A stretch of DNA of 64,000 nt from Octopus vulgaris (Eukaryota): assembly GCA_951406725.2 (NCBI GenBank), contig OX597825.1, positions 10,850,001 to 10,914,000 on the forward strand. Direction: 5' to 3'. Below, piece after piece: positions 1 to 13,296 of this stretch. Within the stretch, counting starts at the first letter, position 1. Every line of letters starts with the position of its first letter. Below the pieces are notes generated by a model. That model saw nothing but the letters and a program-made list of their open reading frames with translations. It made no database searches and had not been told where the DNA came from. The position numbers and the translations under genes are program-made.

Positions 1-565
1 TAGCAAGCCGGACGAAATGCTTAGTGGTATTTTGTCTGCCGCTACGTTCTGAGTTCAAATTCTGCCGAGGTCGACTTTGCCTTTCATCATTTTTGGGTCG
101 ATACATTAAGTACCAGTTACACACTGGGGTTGATGTAATTGACTTAATCCATGTGTCTGTCCTTGTTTGTCCACTCTATATTTAGCCCCTTGTGGGTAGT
201 AAAGAAATAGGTATTTTGTCTGCCCCTATGTTCTGAGTTCAAATTCTGCCGAGGTCGACTTTGCCTTTCATCCTTTCAGGGTCGATTAAATAAGTACCAG
301 TTATGCACTGGGGTTGATCTAATTGACTTAATCCATGTGTCTGTCCTTGTTTGTCCTCTCTGTGTTTAGCCCCTTGTGGGTAGTAAAGAAATAGGTATTT
401 CGTCTGTCTTTACATTCTGGGTTCAAATTCCTCCGAAGTTGACTTTGCCTTTCATCCTTTCAGGGTTGATAAATTAAGTACCAGTTGAGATATGGTGTTG
501 ATGTAATTGATTTAACCCCTCTCTGGGAATGAAATTGCTGGCCTTGTGCTGAAATTTGAAACTAG
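1..565 (+). mobile_element. tRNA-derived SINE (family M, central domain resembling Meta/MESC) with ~184-bp internal unit repeated about 3 times
   Basis: B-box-like GAGTTCAAATTC followed by GTCGACTTTGCCTTTCATCCTTT..GGTCGAT..TTAAGTACCAG; unit restarts near 27, 211 and 395. Confidence 0.8.
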
Positions 566-792
566 TATTTGCAAAAGAAAAAGGCAATGGATTTGAAAGC
601 CAGTTGACTGCCAGTCCACTTAGCTGTAAATAGTATTGTGTAAGTGCAGTTGACATTTGGAAGAAACTGAGCTACAATGATTGACCTGTTGAAACTTGAT
701 TTCAATACAAATATCCATTGATACTGTTGTTCACAAATACATACAACTAAAAGAATTAACAAAAAAAAACTCTAATGATTCATTAAGTTTAA

Positions 793-1040
793 GTGGTGGT
801 GTGGGGCTTAGTGGTTAGGGTGGTGTACTTAGGATCTTAAAATCGTGGTTTTGATTCCTGGACAGAGTAGTGGATTGTGTTCTTCATTTCGTGTTGCTCT
901 AGTCCATTTGTCTGAGTTCTAGTTATAGCTGGGGAGTTAATCCTGTAATGGATCAGCATCCCATTCAAAGGGGAATGTATGCCCTGGAAATGATGTTAAG
1001 CTCTGGCCTTTTGAATTCTGGAATTCGAGATGGACCTAAT
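793..1040 (+). mobile_element. Degraded tRNA-derived CORE-like SINE
   Basis: A-box GGCTTAGTGG and B-box-like GGTTTTGATTCC; alignable by eye to the better copy at 28888-29135. Confidence 0.6.
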
Positions 1041-1492
1041 AAGTTCAGGCTTAGGACATTTTTGCAAGTGTTCACACTGACTGTTCATAGCCTTTAAAAA
1101 AAATTTTCTTTTTTACCCCATACCAATGTGGGTTTGCTATAAAGAATTTCTTCTTAAAATGGCCCTTAAATTTCTTCGCTTACTTGCTTGTTTCATGCTT
1201 TTGCTTGATGAGGCTGAGGTCATCCCAGGTTAGTGGTCTCAGGGATGTCATCATGCATAGAGCCAACCAGGTCCGCCAGTGTTCTGATACTGCTAATATA
1301 AGTTTCGTGCCAGCCCCTCTGCATCTTCCAAGGAAGGTTCTGAGAAAGAGGATTGATAGCTTTGATAGCAGAGCCCTATTATATTTCTTTTTACTTTCTT
1401 TTACAGTTTCTCTTTCTTTACAAAAAAAGAAATTGAACCAAACATTTTGTATTGATTTTTTAACATATTTCTCTTTTTGTTATATTTTCTAG

Positions 1493-1547
1493 CACCATCA
1501 ACTACAGCAAAGAATTGCCTCTTGCCCAAGGCATCAAGTTTGAATAA
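1493..1547 (+). CDS. Probable terminal coding exon of an upstream gene (..TINYSKELPLAQGIKFE*)
   Basis: Long polypyrimidine tract ending TTTTCTAG at 1492; non-repetitive protein-like translation to TAA 1545-1547; unique 3'UTR-like sequence follows with AATAAA near 1906. Product not recognised. Confidence 0.55.
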
Positions 1548-1974
1548 AATGTTGACAGGCCTGCTTCTTCAGAAACGGATTCTACCAACGTTTCAAAATG
1601 ATTCCATGGTGCATTTTGCATCCATTTGTTTAAGCTTGAGATTATTGATCTAGTATTTTAGACTAGATTATTGACCTGTAATCGAAGTCTCTTTGGTTAC
1701 TCTGATAGATGAAATCATGTCAATCAATATCCCCCCCCTCTCCACTTTCAATTACATACATTCACTCTCACACACACATGCACACACACACGCGATCCTT
1801 ATTCCCTTTTGGAGAAAATTTAGCGAATTGATGAAGGAATTTGAGCTAGAGCAGTAATAGCTTATCAAATTTCACAAAATATTTTTGTAAAAGACAAATA
1901 AGCTGAATAAAAGCTATATAAAAATGTGTTGTACTTTACTTTTTATTTTTATTAGTTTTTGTGTTTTGTGAATT

Positions 1975-2150
1975 CATCATCATCGTTTAACGTCCGCTTT
2001 CAATGCTAGCATGGGTTGGACAAATGACTGTGGGCGGGTGAACCAGATGGCTGCACTAGACTCCAATCTTGATCTGGCAGAGTTTCTACAGCTGGATGCC
2101 CTTCCTAACGCCAACCACTCCGAGAGTATAGTGGGTGCTTTTACGTGCCA
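1975..2150 (-). mobile_element. RTE LINE 3' UTR fragment (5'-truncated)
   Basis: (CAT)n then CGTTTAACGTCCGC..GGATGCCCTTCCTAACGCCAACCAC, matching the 3' end of the RTE at 37681-38875. Confidence 0.75.
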
Positions 2151-2531
2151 AAACTAAAGGAAAATATTTTCGTCTGTTTTACATCTGCTTTTCTCTGCTA
2201 GCATGGGTTAGATGAATGATATTGAGGCATTGTTTTACAGCTGGATGCCTTTTCTGATGCTAACCATTTACCTTAATTAAAATTTTTTTTTCAAGTAAGG
2301 GTTTTTTTTTTGTTTGTTTCTCACAGCTTCTAAGATATGAAATATGCAGACTATTTATTGATGGAAGTGACAACATCCCCTTGAATACTGTGAATTTTGT
2401 ACAAGTGCAGATATAAACACACACACACACACACCCACGATAACTACACAATGGAGCTAAACCAGAAATCATATGGTTGGGAACAAAACTTCTTAACCAG
2501 ACAGATGTACCTGCACCAATTTTATTAAATA

Positions 2532-2921
2532 CTAGCAGCATCGCCCGGCGTCGCTTGGGTTTGTTTCGACCCTTTAGAATTGGAATTTTTGAAAAGTAAA
2601 CAGTTTGCATTATGTAGCTTGTTATTCTCTTTAAGGGTACATTTTTCTGGTTGAAATACACTGAAAAATGGCTACACAGCAGTCAAAAAATCGCAAAAAA
2701 TAGGGATTTTCATAGAAAAAAAAGCACCTTTTTGATGTAAATAATTTTTGGTGTTAACATGGTCCGATTTGAATTTTTTCTTCTACGGAATGAAGAGCAA
2801 GCCTTCTACCATACTCTCAATTTTGGTCAACTTGTGCCGCAGGGACTCGGAGGAGATAGTGTTAGTTGAAGGCTACCAAACCTGCCATACACAGACAACT
2901 TCAGCTTTATATATAGAGAGA
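2532..2921 (-). mobile_element. Non-autonomous Helitron
   Basis: Minus strand begins TCTCTCTATATATAAAG and ends with GC-rich hairpin CCCAAGCGACGCCGGG then CTGCTAG; inserted between A and T; second copy at 47389-47760. Confidence 0.8.
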
Positions 2922-3151
2922 TAAAATAAATCGTTGGCTGAAAGAAACTGGGAGGTTCAAACATATAGGTTGTTTAGATTATATTTTTTGGAAACTGGAT
3001 AACGACCTTACTTTGTAATGTTAATGAATAGTTTTGTTACATCTGTTGTTCTAGTTCTGTTATACCTACTCTCATTAAGGTGGACTGAATCATGTCAAAA
3101 GTTAACCTTTGTCCCTAGACCTAGCAATGTACCAGGGAAATAGTTTAAATT

Positions 3152-3332
3152 GCCGTAGGAGTGGCTGTGTGGTAAGTAGCTTGCTTACCAACCACATGGT
3201 TCCAGGTACAGTCCCACTGCGTGGCACCTTGGGTAAGTGTCTTCTACTATAACCTCGGGCTGACCAATGCCTTGTGAGTGGATTTGGTAGACGGAAACTG
3301 AAAGAAGCCTGTCGTATGTATGTATGTGTGTG

Positions 3333-3376
<44 letters not shown>

Positions 3377-3585
3377 TTTGTGTGTGTGTGTGTTTGTCCC
3401 CCCCAACATCGCTTGACAACTGATGCTGGTGTGTTTACGTTCCCGTAACTTAGCGGTTCGGCGAGAGAACCGATAGAATAAGCACTAGACTTACAAAGGA
3501 TAAGTCTTGGGGTCAATTTGCTCGACTAAAGCCGGTGCTCCAGCATGGCCACAGTCAAACGACTGAAACAAGTAAAAGAGTAGAG
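3152..3585 (+). mobile_element. tRNA-derived SINE (family A, bipartite with central TA/TG microsatellite)
   Basis: TGGCTGTGTGG A-box, GGTACAGTCCC B-box-like, CCTTGGGYAAGTG body, microsatellite, tail GAAACAAGTAAAAGAG; many copies in window. Confidence 0.85.
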
Positions 3586-4364
3586 TAACTTAGCTGGGTG
3601 TTGTTTAACCCTAGGTCGTCTCTGATCAAACAGATTTATGATAAAAAAACATTCTGGTTATGACCATCCCTCCTTTTTCCCAAGCAAAGAAAACGTTATC
3701 TCATACATTCTATTGTTTTTCCTAGATGGTTGTGTGTGATTTGAGGAAGATTTTGCTGGGGTTTTTTTCTAGTAGATTGACTGTAGTGGCTCTCTTCCAT
3801 TGGCAATAACAGGATGGGAAACACACTATCAAAGATTAATAAGTGGTTGTTGCTATTGTTGTTTCTAGGTATAGTGTACCCTGGAGTATTTTATCTAATG
3901 TATCCTTCCTTTCTTTAATAAAAAATAAAGTGCAGTGTCACTTGGCTGCTGTTTCTAGCGATTCAAACGATCACCTATAGGCTCCCTAGGTAATCGATAC
4001 ATTTAACAGTTTGGTCATTGTAACTTATCATTCACTCTCTAGAGTAAAGAGATAAAAATGTCTGATATATTGATTTCTGAGAGACACTGTACATATATCT
4101 CTGATCAATTCCTTTAACTATCAACTAATGAACACCTGGTATTCTATTACATTGCCATTGAATCTTAACATAAGTGTTTGTAAATTGTGCATACAAGTTT
4201 GTATGTGAAAAGGGTAGAAATCTCTGTACAGACATATAAGAGGGTGACCTGAAGTAGCAGTTTAACTAATATATGAATGCTGCTTTATTTATAGAGGCAC
4301 CTTCTCCCATGTCGTCATCATTTAACGTCAGTGTTTCATGCTGGCATGGATTATCTCAGTTATG

Positions 4365-4704
4365 GAAATTGTAGCTGTGATACCAGTGCCGATGGCACGT
4401 AAAAGAACCATCCGAATGTGGCAGTTGCCAGTGCCGCCCCGACTAGCCTCCGTGCCGGTGGCACATAAAATGCACCATCCAATTGTGGCCGTTGCCAGCC
4501 TCGTCTGGCCCCCTTGACGGTAGCACGTAAAATGCACCCACTACACTCACTGAGTGGTTGGCGTTAGGAAGTGCATCCAGCCGTAGAAACACTGCCAGAT
4601 CAGACTGAGCCTGGCGCAGCCTTCTGGCTTCCCAGACCCCAGTTGAACCATCCAAACTATGCTAGCATGGAAAACGGACGTTAAACAATGATGATGATGA
4701 TGAT
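4365..4704 (+). mobile_element. RTE LINE 3' UTR fragment with 3 pseudoknot-like motifs
   Basis: GGCACGTAAAA motifs, GGTTGGCGTTAGGAAG, (GAT)n tail. Confidence 0.75.
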
Positions 4705-5284
4705 AGGATCTGATGTGTTGCATGATGTTCCAATGTCTATTTTGACAAAGTTTCTATGGCTGGATGCCTTGCCTAATGCCAACCACTTTAATGTGGATTG
4801 GGTGTTTTTTGTTTTTTTTTCTCTTGCCACCTGCACTGTTGAGGTTGCCATGCAATTTGCAGGACTATGAGCATGAGGGAGGGGGTCGACTTTATGGTAG
4901 AAGATGAGGGGATTACTATGAGAAGTGGAGCAGAGCAGGTTCCTGTATAGGGCTCTGCATAGGTACTTAGGGTTAGCAGAGGAAAAAGGTGAGGAGAGAA
5001 AGAAAAAAAAAAAGTGGTAGGAGCTGCTAGAGAGAAAAAATGGTGATGTGGTGCCCAGGTGGCCCCACAAGGCACAAAGTCAGTTGAAGAATTGCTTTTG
5101 CAAGATTGTATGGGTTGGAGAACGAAGGGAGAAGATGAGGAAGCAGATTACCAGAGGGAGGAGGGTTGAAGGGCAGATGAACAAGAAGCTGGTGAGACAA
5201 GCAGCAGCAGAAGTAGTAATGATGATACAGTTGTCATTGGGGAAGGTCAAGAGAGAGGGTGACATGGTTGGTAATCCATAGCAG

Positions 5285-5522
5285 AAAGTGGCAAGCTGGC
5301 AGAAACGTTAGCATGCCAGGCAAAATGCTTAGCGGTATTTTGTCTGCTGCTACGTTCTGAGTTCAAATTCCACCGAGGTCGACTTTGCTTTTCATCCTTT
5401 TGGGGTCGATTAAATTAAGTACCAGTTACACACTGGGGTTGATATAATCGACTTAATTTGTTTGTCTGTCCTTGTTTGCCCTCTCTGTGTTTGGCCCCTT
5501 GTGGGTAGTAAAGAAATAGGTA
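5285..5522 (+). mobile_element. SINE family M
   Basis: GCTGGCAGAAACGTTAGC head, B-box, ends AAAGAAATAGGTA. Confidence 0.8.
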
Positions 5523-5624
5523 ATCCATAGGAGCTGGGGGTGGCAGGGAGACGAGGCAGGCCTAATGCATGGGAGTGAGGAGTCACTGTAACATGGGGGC
5601 AAGTACAATGTGCAGCATATGCTC

Positions 5625-6580
5625 ATGCAAACTGCTCCAGTGCAGCTGCTGCATATGAAGCTCATATTTATGGATAGTCTGTCAGTGATTCCACTACATT
5701 TCTTGTGTGTCCACAGCTTACATCAAGTACAGTGTATGGCGTTTCTACCTTCAGTTCCACTGCATGGCACCTTGGGCAAATGTCTTCTACTATAGCCTCG
5801 GGTCGACCAAAGCATTGTGAGTGGATTTGGTAGATGGAAACTGAAAGAAGCCCGTCGTATATATATGTGTGTGTATATATTTGTGTGTCTGTGTTTGTCC
5901 TCCCAACATCGCTTGACAACTGATGCTGGTGTATTTACGTCCCTGTAACTTAGTGTTTCGGCAAAAGAGACTGATAGAATAAGAACTAGGCTTACAAAGA
6001 ATAAGTGCTGAGGTCGATTTGCTCGACTAAAGGTGGTGCTCCAGCATGGCCACAGTCAAATGACTGAAACAAGTAAAAGAGTACTCCTTTTCTGCATATT
6101 GAAGAAGGCCATCCAGTTCTCGTCTTCTTTACTATTTACTAAAACTTTTGTCTTTGCTAAGTTTACTCTGAGGCTTCTCAATTCCAGATTTAGCTTCCAT
6201 GCCTGGAATTAATTCTCTAATTCCCCTTTGGATTCAGCTATAAGAACTAGATCATCAGCATATAAGAGTTTCCATGGACACTGTTAAACTCCTCTGGGGT
6301 AGCTTGTAGGACTATGACGAACAGGAGAGGAGTGAGGGCTGAACCTTGATGGACTCTTTATCTTGATACTAAATTCGTCACTGAAGTCATTGTCAACTCT
6401 CACTTTACCTGCTGCATCCTTGTACTTAGCTTCAGCTGCCCACACAAACCATTCATCTACACCTCATGTCCTCAGAGCTCACCAGATTACTGAATGTGAT
6501 CCTTTGTCAAATGCTGTCTTCACATCAGTGAAAGCCAGGAATAGCTGTTTATTCTGAACCAGGTATTTCTCCTGCAGTTA
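5625..6580 (-). pseudogene. Degraded RTE-clade LINE ORF (RT plus Cys-rich region), interrupted by SINE A at ~5750-6083
   Basis: Minus-strand fragments QGSALTPLLFVIVL, PWKLLYADDLVLIAES, CKLWTHKKCSGITDRL..FICSSC, with stops and frameshifts. Confidence 0.75.
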
Positions 6581-7299
6581 CCTGGAATTATCAGAGATAA
6601 AGGTGGATGAAATGCTGTGAAGCATTTTACCTGGTGTGCAAATATTGCTGCCAGATTGCTGCTTTAGGTGTTAATTAATATTGATTTTTTTCAGAATATC
6701 TTTGATGCTGTAATTATGGTTCTGGGTGTAACGGACATAATTAATCAAAAAGATAATTAACCTAGATGATGCCCCAGCATGGTCACAGTCCATTGACTGA
6801 AACATGTAAAAGAGTAAAAGAGAATCCAGCAAATAACCTATATTATATAATTTTCATCCCAACTAGATTTAAATATGTTAATGTCCCCATTGATACCTCT
6901 CTCCCTCTCTTTTTTCACTCTCTCTCTCTCTTTTTATACGCATTCTTTTTTATATACATTCTTTGTTTATCCTGGAAGAGGTGATTGTGCTCTCTCATGA
7001 CCATCCTGCAGCATCTTGAATGTCTTGCTTCTCTGGGCATTGACACACTAAAATTATAACGTTTAGCATTATAGGGTTAGCAGAAGCCCTCAAGATTGCC
7101 CACCATCTTTCCACTGATAACTTTGGCCACCTTTTATCTCTTCAGCATCTCTACCACCTGTGGACATGCTTATAAAATCAAAAAAAAAAAGCTCAGAACC
7201 CAGGAATTTCAAAAAAAGTATTTTCACAATCAGAATTGTTGAAGCATGAAATAAACTCCCCACAATGGTCATTAGCCATCAGAACAGAATATCTTTTAA

Positions 7300-7520
7300 C
7301 CCTTTCATTACCAACCCGGCTGAAACCGGCTCTGGCTCTGTAGTAAAAATGTCTTGTTTTCATAAGTTTTGAATTAAAATATTCCACCAAACCTTAGTCA
7401 CAATTTATGGTCCTAACACTAGCTTAATGATGACTAAGTTATTTTACTAAATTTTTTGTTATATTTAAAGTAATTGAAAGAAACACAGATCATCCCAAAA
7501 TAAATAGAGTAACGAAAGGG
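7300..7520. mobile_element. piggyBac-type MITE inserted in a degraded CR1-like 3' fragment
   Basis: TTAA duplication (7296-7299, 7521-7524); TIRs CCCTTTCATTAC / GTAACGAAAGGG. Confidence 0.85.
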
Positions 7521-7739
7521 TTAACAATTTCATGCTTCTTGAAATTTGCCAACACCACTTCTGACATGCCTAATGAAGCGTTCCTCTTCATGGTTCTCTT
7601 ACTGTTGAGTATTCAGTCTTTTTGTGTTCTATTCTGTGTATGATGCTTGGACATTTGGCTATCTTTGCTGCTTCTTTTTCACTTATATGTCAGCTTTCTG
7701 TCCTCCATTTGCCGTTTTCCACTGAGTCATAGTACAACT

Positions 7740-7932
7740 TTTTTTACTCTCTTTTACTTGTTTCAGTCATTTGACTGCGGTCATGCTGGAGCACTGCCTT
7801 TATTCAAGCAAATCGAGCCCAGGACTTATTCTTTGTAAGCCCAGTACTTTGCCGAACTGCTAAGTTTCGGGGATGAAAACACACCAGCATCAGTTGTCAA
7901 GCAATGTTGGGGGGACAAACACAGACACACAA

Positions 7933-7987
<55 letters not shown>

Positions 7988-8153
7988 TACGACAGGTTTC
8001 TTTCAGTTTCCGTCTATCAAATCCACTCATAAGACTTTGGTCGGCCAGAGGCTATAGTAGGAGATACTTGCCCAAGGTGCCATGCAGTGGGACTGAACTC
8101 GGAACCATGTGGTTGGTAAGCAAGCTACTTACCACACAGCCACTCCTACGCCT
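7740..8153 (-). mobile_element. SINE family A
   Basis: Reverse complement of the family A consensus. Confidence 0.85.
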
Positions 8154-8952
8154 AGTCTAAGATAAGAGGTTGTCTCACTATTGAATGACTCTCTCATTGG
8201 CTCAGTTTATTAAAAACTGTATTTTCCCAATCAAGCAAACCTGATGAAGCAGACTTATAATTCAAAGCCTTCCAGCCATAACCATCCCATCAGTTTGTAT
8301 AACAGAGACTACATTATCTAATATGTCCTTCCTTTTTTTTTATAATTTCAATGAAATTTGATTGCTATTTCTAATAGAATGAATACAACATAAAGACTTC
8401 CGATATCAAAGTAGAAAACTGAGACAGTTGCAATTATCAATGAAATCAATTAGTCAGGAGATAATAGCCATTAATTGCTACAAACATTAAAACATATCTG
8501 GAAAAATTAATAATTATTGTACTGAAACATTATCGCAGTGCTGTTGCTATGGTAACTAAGCTACACATTACTTACAATAATCCAATTGACTATCAGTATT
8601 CATTTCCAATTTCTTCTGAACCACAAAACCAATCAATAGATTTCATTGTTTTCCTTTTCATTTTTTCTGTCTTTCACTTGATTGATCTCACCATGTACTG
8701 TTTCCATTCCGAAGGATCATGCTTGCTCTCGGGTGATATCATCGATGCATTTTAATTCATTGATTAAACTCAGCTCAAGGTCGGTTATTTTGAGCTCGGC
8801 TGTTCAGCCGTCCACTCACTATTCAGTTATCTCTTATGAATCAGGCGATACAGGCACAGTTGTAGCTGTGTGGTAAGAAGATTGCTTCCTAGCTGTTAGG
8901 GTTCCAGGTTCAGTCCCACTGTGTGGCACCTTGTGCAAGTATCTGCTACTAT

Positions 8953-9370
8953 ATATTTCTTTATTGCCCACAAGGGGCTAAACATAGAAGGGACAAACAA
9001 GGACAGACAAACGGATCATGTCAATTACATCGACTCCAGTGCGAAACTGGTACTTAATTTATCGACCCCGAAAGGTTGTAAGGCAAAGTCAACCTCAACG
9101 GAATTTGAACTCAGAACGTAAAGACAGACGAAATACCTATTTCTTTATTACCCACAAGGGGCTAAACATAGAGGGGACAATCAAGGACAGACAAAGATAT
9201 TAAGTCGATTACATCGACCCCAGTGTGAAACTGGTACTTTATTTATCGACCCCGAAAGGATGAAAGGCAAAGTCGACCTCGGCGGAATTTGAACTCAGAA
9301 CATAATGGCAGATGAAATACCGCTAAGCATTTCACCCGGCGTGCTAACGATTCTGCCAGCTCGCCACCTT
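8953..9370 (-). mobile_element. SINE family M with duplicated ~185-bp unit, nested in a SINE A copy (8852-9520)
   Basis: TATTTCTTTATT restarts at ~8953 and ~9138; SINE A sequence resumes at ~9372. Confidence 0.8.
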
Positions 9371-9437
9371 AGGCTGACCAAAGCCTTGTGAGTGGATTTG
9401 GTAAATGGAAACTGAAACAAGCCCGTTGTATATATAT

Positions 9438-9490
<53 letters not shown>

Positions 9491-10493
9491 CGTGTTTGTG
9501 TTTGTATGTTTTTTTGTGTGTGTATCTATGTTGGTGGAATAGGTCAGTACACTTGTTGTGGAAATAAGAGATGTGAGTTTGATTCCCACATGTGCTAACT
9601 CTCACTTATTCCATGCCAGTGGACATTAAAAGCTCCCAGCGCACTCTATTTAGTGGTTGGCATTAGGAAGGCCATCAAACCGTAGAAGCCTTGCCACAAC
9701 AGACAATTTGAGTCTGGACTCCAATTGTCTGTTGGAGTCTGGACTCCCTGCTTGCCAGCTCTTTGTCAAACTGTCCAACCCATGCCAGCAAGGAAACCAG
9801 GTATTAAACTATGATGATGATGATGAGATGCGTGTGTGCGTTCGTGTACCCCCACCATTGCTTGGCAGCTGGTGTTGGTGTAACTTATGTCCCTGTAGCT
9901 TAATATCAATTGCCAAGCAGTGGTGGGGGACAAATACAGACACGAAGACACACAATAACATAAGGACCAGGGTTAACAAAAGAATACGTATTGGCTTTGA
10001 TGTGTTTTGGTTAAAATTCTTCAAGGCGGTGCCCCAGCATGGCCACAGCCTAATAACTGAAACAATTAAAAGAAAAAAGAAAAATGCAAAAAGATAAAAG
10101 TACCCAACTTATGAATGTGTGTGTGTGGGGGGGGGAGAAGGGGAACAAAAGGCAGAAGGAGTTTGGGGGTGGTGGTCTTTCGAGATGGAATGAGTTTAGG
10201 GAGTGTTATGGAGGGAAAATGTGGGCTGAGCAATGTAAAATGTTCCCTTGAGGAATTTCCCCTCAACCCCTTGGTAGATATTTCATAATCAATATCAATG
10301 AATCATCATTATCTCTGTGTAATATATATATTGATTATTGATCTCTTTTGTCCTTGCCAGTTAAACAGAATTTGCTTGGTTGAGGAAATTTAATAAGGCT
10401 GAAGTAAGTTTGCTGTTTTCTCTAGTTGGATTTACACACTAAACATTATATATATATGTATATATATGTGTGTGTGTGTGCATGTGTGTGCAC

Positions 10494-10525
<32 letters not shown>

Positions 10526-10661
10526 ATGCACACGCACGCGTGTGTGTGTGTATGTGGCTTGTGGTAGACTGAGTATCCAGCAATGAAAACATTGATTTGA
10601 ACAAATAAACCATGGAAAATGGATGTAAAACAGCCTAAGCTACTACTACTACTACTACCAC

Positions 10662-10701
<40 letters not shown>

Positions 10702-11004
10702 CCTTTCTACTAAAAGCACAAGGCCTGAAATTCTGGGGAAGGGGACAATCGATTACATCGCCCCCAGTACAGAACTGGTACTTATTTTATTGACCCCACC
10801 AAAAGGATGAAAGGTAAAGTCGACCGTGGCAGAATAATAATAATAATAATAGTAATAATAATAATAATAACAATGGTTTCAAATTTTGGCTCAAGGCCAG
10901 CAATTATGAGGGAGGAGTTAAGTTGATTACATGGACCCTGGAATTCAACTGGTACTTATTGTGTCAACCCTGAAAAGATGAAAGGCAAAGCTGACCTTGG
11001 TAGA

Positions 11005-11700
11005 ATTTATTGTATTTCCAAGATATTTAAATGACCTGACCCATTTGAGTGGCTTGTTGTCATTCATCACATTTGACCCTTGAGTATGTTCTGCCCCATG
11101 TTTTGGTTGGAATAGAACTTCAGTCTTCTTGATGCTGATAGTCTGTTCAGATGTACAAGCTGACACAGCAAACCTGTCAATTATTTCCTGAATTTCCTTA
11201 AATGTACGAGGAATCAAAATGCAATCATCAGCAGAGAGAAAGACATATAGAATCTCTTCTTTGGTCATTTTCTTTAATCTGAAACATTGCCCTTTTAGGC
11301 TTAGTAGAGCTCCTGTGCAAAACTGAAATTCTACACTTTCATGGTAATCCCTAAAAACATGTTGAAACATTATTAAAAATATGGAAAAAAAAACCCCAAA
11401 AAAACAGGGGCTAAAATATGACCCTGTTTGGTTCCAGTGGCAACAGAAAATACCTCTGAACATTGATTGGTAGACATCACTGTTGCCATCATTCCTTTGT
11501 GCTGAGATACTGTAACCCTTATCATTTTATCAGGATGACCAACTTTTGACAAAATTTTCCAGAGCACCTGATGATTCACTGGTCAAGTTGACAAAGACTA
11601 TGGACAAGTCAATATTTTGATTACATGCTTTTTCTTGAACTTACTGAAGGGTAAAAATTATGACAGCTGTGCCTATCCCAACCTGAAATCCACATTGGAA
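11005..11700 (-). pseudogene. Degraded RTE-clade reverse transcriptase fragment
   Basis: ORF-track pieces LWKILSKVGHP, TGTKQGHILAP, LSADDC, TISIKKTEVLFQP, FKYLG. Confidence 0.8.
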
Positions 11701-11720
11701 TTTGGGATATACACTAACAC

Positions 11721-11753
<33 letters not shown>

Positions 11754-11764
11754 TAATATTATTA

Positions 11765-12320
11765 TTGAGTGAGAGAGCAGTGCATGCCATCAAAGTGACA
11801 CTGGGGTAAAATATATGAAGCCAGTATACCCATCATGACTATCTGTCTGATAAGGGTACACCAGGTACATGCATCACAACCATATGTGCATGACATGGTG
11901 ATCTGTTATCAAGATAAACAGCACATGACCTTGCAGGTGGGGCCCAGTTAGAATTTTCTTCTTGTCGATAAGCCCATCCCACTCAAACGTTCCCTGAATA
12001 AGGGTTGTTTAAGGATGTTGAATGAAACACCCATGTTTCCGAAGGTGAATTATCCAAACCTCCAAGAATTCCTTTCAACACACAGCTATGATGCTCCCCC
12101 AGTACTTCTGCTTGGGATCAGAGATGCACATATCTTCAGCCACTAAGGGACATGCTCAACTGGTTAAGGTCAAACAACTGACAAGCAAATCTGTGGTATT
12201 GAGCAGAATATTTGCTGTAGCCCATCTTTTATACCAAGACAAAACAATGTACATGATAACACTTCCAATCAGTTAAGATCAGCAGCCATGAGAGCCACTG
12301 TCTGGTATTGTATCAGGGCA
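11765..12320 (-). mobile_element. ~550-bp non-coding retro-like element with (AAT)n tail (family D)
   Basis: Near-identical to 18137-18657 and 51755-52302; flanked by AAT/ATT microsatellite. Confidence 0.75.
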
Positions 12321-12830
12321 TCATCATCATCATTATAATTATTATTATTATTATTATTATTATTAAACTAGCACTTTTTTCTTTGAAGCCACTACAAAAT
12401 AAAGTTTTCTGTGATTTTAAAGCATAAACGAAAATTTTAAATTAAATAAAAGAAATACTAGAAAAGAAAAAAGAAAAAAACAAACACTGAATGGGAATAT
12501 TTCTTCTCTTATTTTCCTTAACACCAAAGAATGGAGTCTATTGATGTCATTAAGGTCAAGTGTGGGATAAAGATAAGGAAGTGTAAAATATATATCGTTT
12601 ACAGTGTAATAGCATTTTGTGTGTTTGAGGATGTGGTGGTGGTGGTGGTAGTGTTGAGGGTCAGTTAGCCTATATTTTCTATGAAGATCAGATGTTTAAT
12701 TATTACTTCAAAGATTTAAATTTAATTATGAGTGTAATGATTTTTTTTCTTCAAAGAAAGACGGCTTAGGTTTATTCAGTTGAAGGGTGCAGTAGCCATT
12801 GAGCTTTGCTCAACCTCCAAGACTGCAGAG

Positions 12831-13296
12831 ATGATGATGATGAGGATGATGATGATGATGATGATGATGGTGATGGTGAAGATGATGATGATGAGGATGA
12901 TGATGTATGTATGTATGTATGTATGTATGTATGTATGTATGTATGTATGTATGTGTGTGTGTGTATATGTGTGTGTATGTATGTATGTATGTATGTGTGT
13001 GTATATGTATGTATGTGTGTGTGTATGTATGTATGTATGTATGTATGTATGTATGCATGCAAGTATGTATGTATGTATGTATGTATGTATGTATGTATGT
13101 ATGTATGTATGTATGTATGTATGCAAGTATGTATACAAGTATGTCTGTATGTATGCATGTATGTATGTATATATGTATGTATGCAAGTATGTATGTATAT
13201 AGGTATGTATGTATGCATGTATGTATGTATGTATACAAGTATGTATGTATATATGTATGTATGCATGTATGTATGTATGTATGTATGTATGTGTGT
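12831..13296. repeat. Compound microsatellite (GAT)n + (TATG)n
   Basis: Direct reading. Confidence 0.97.
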
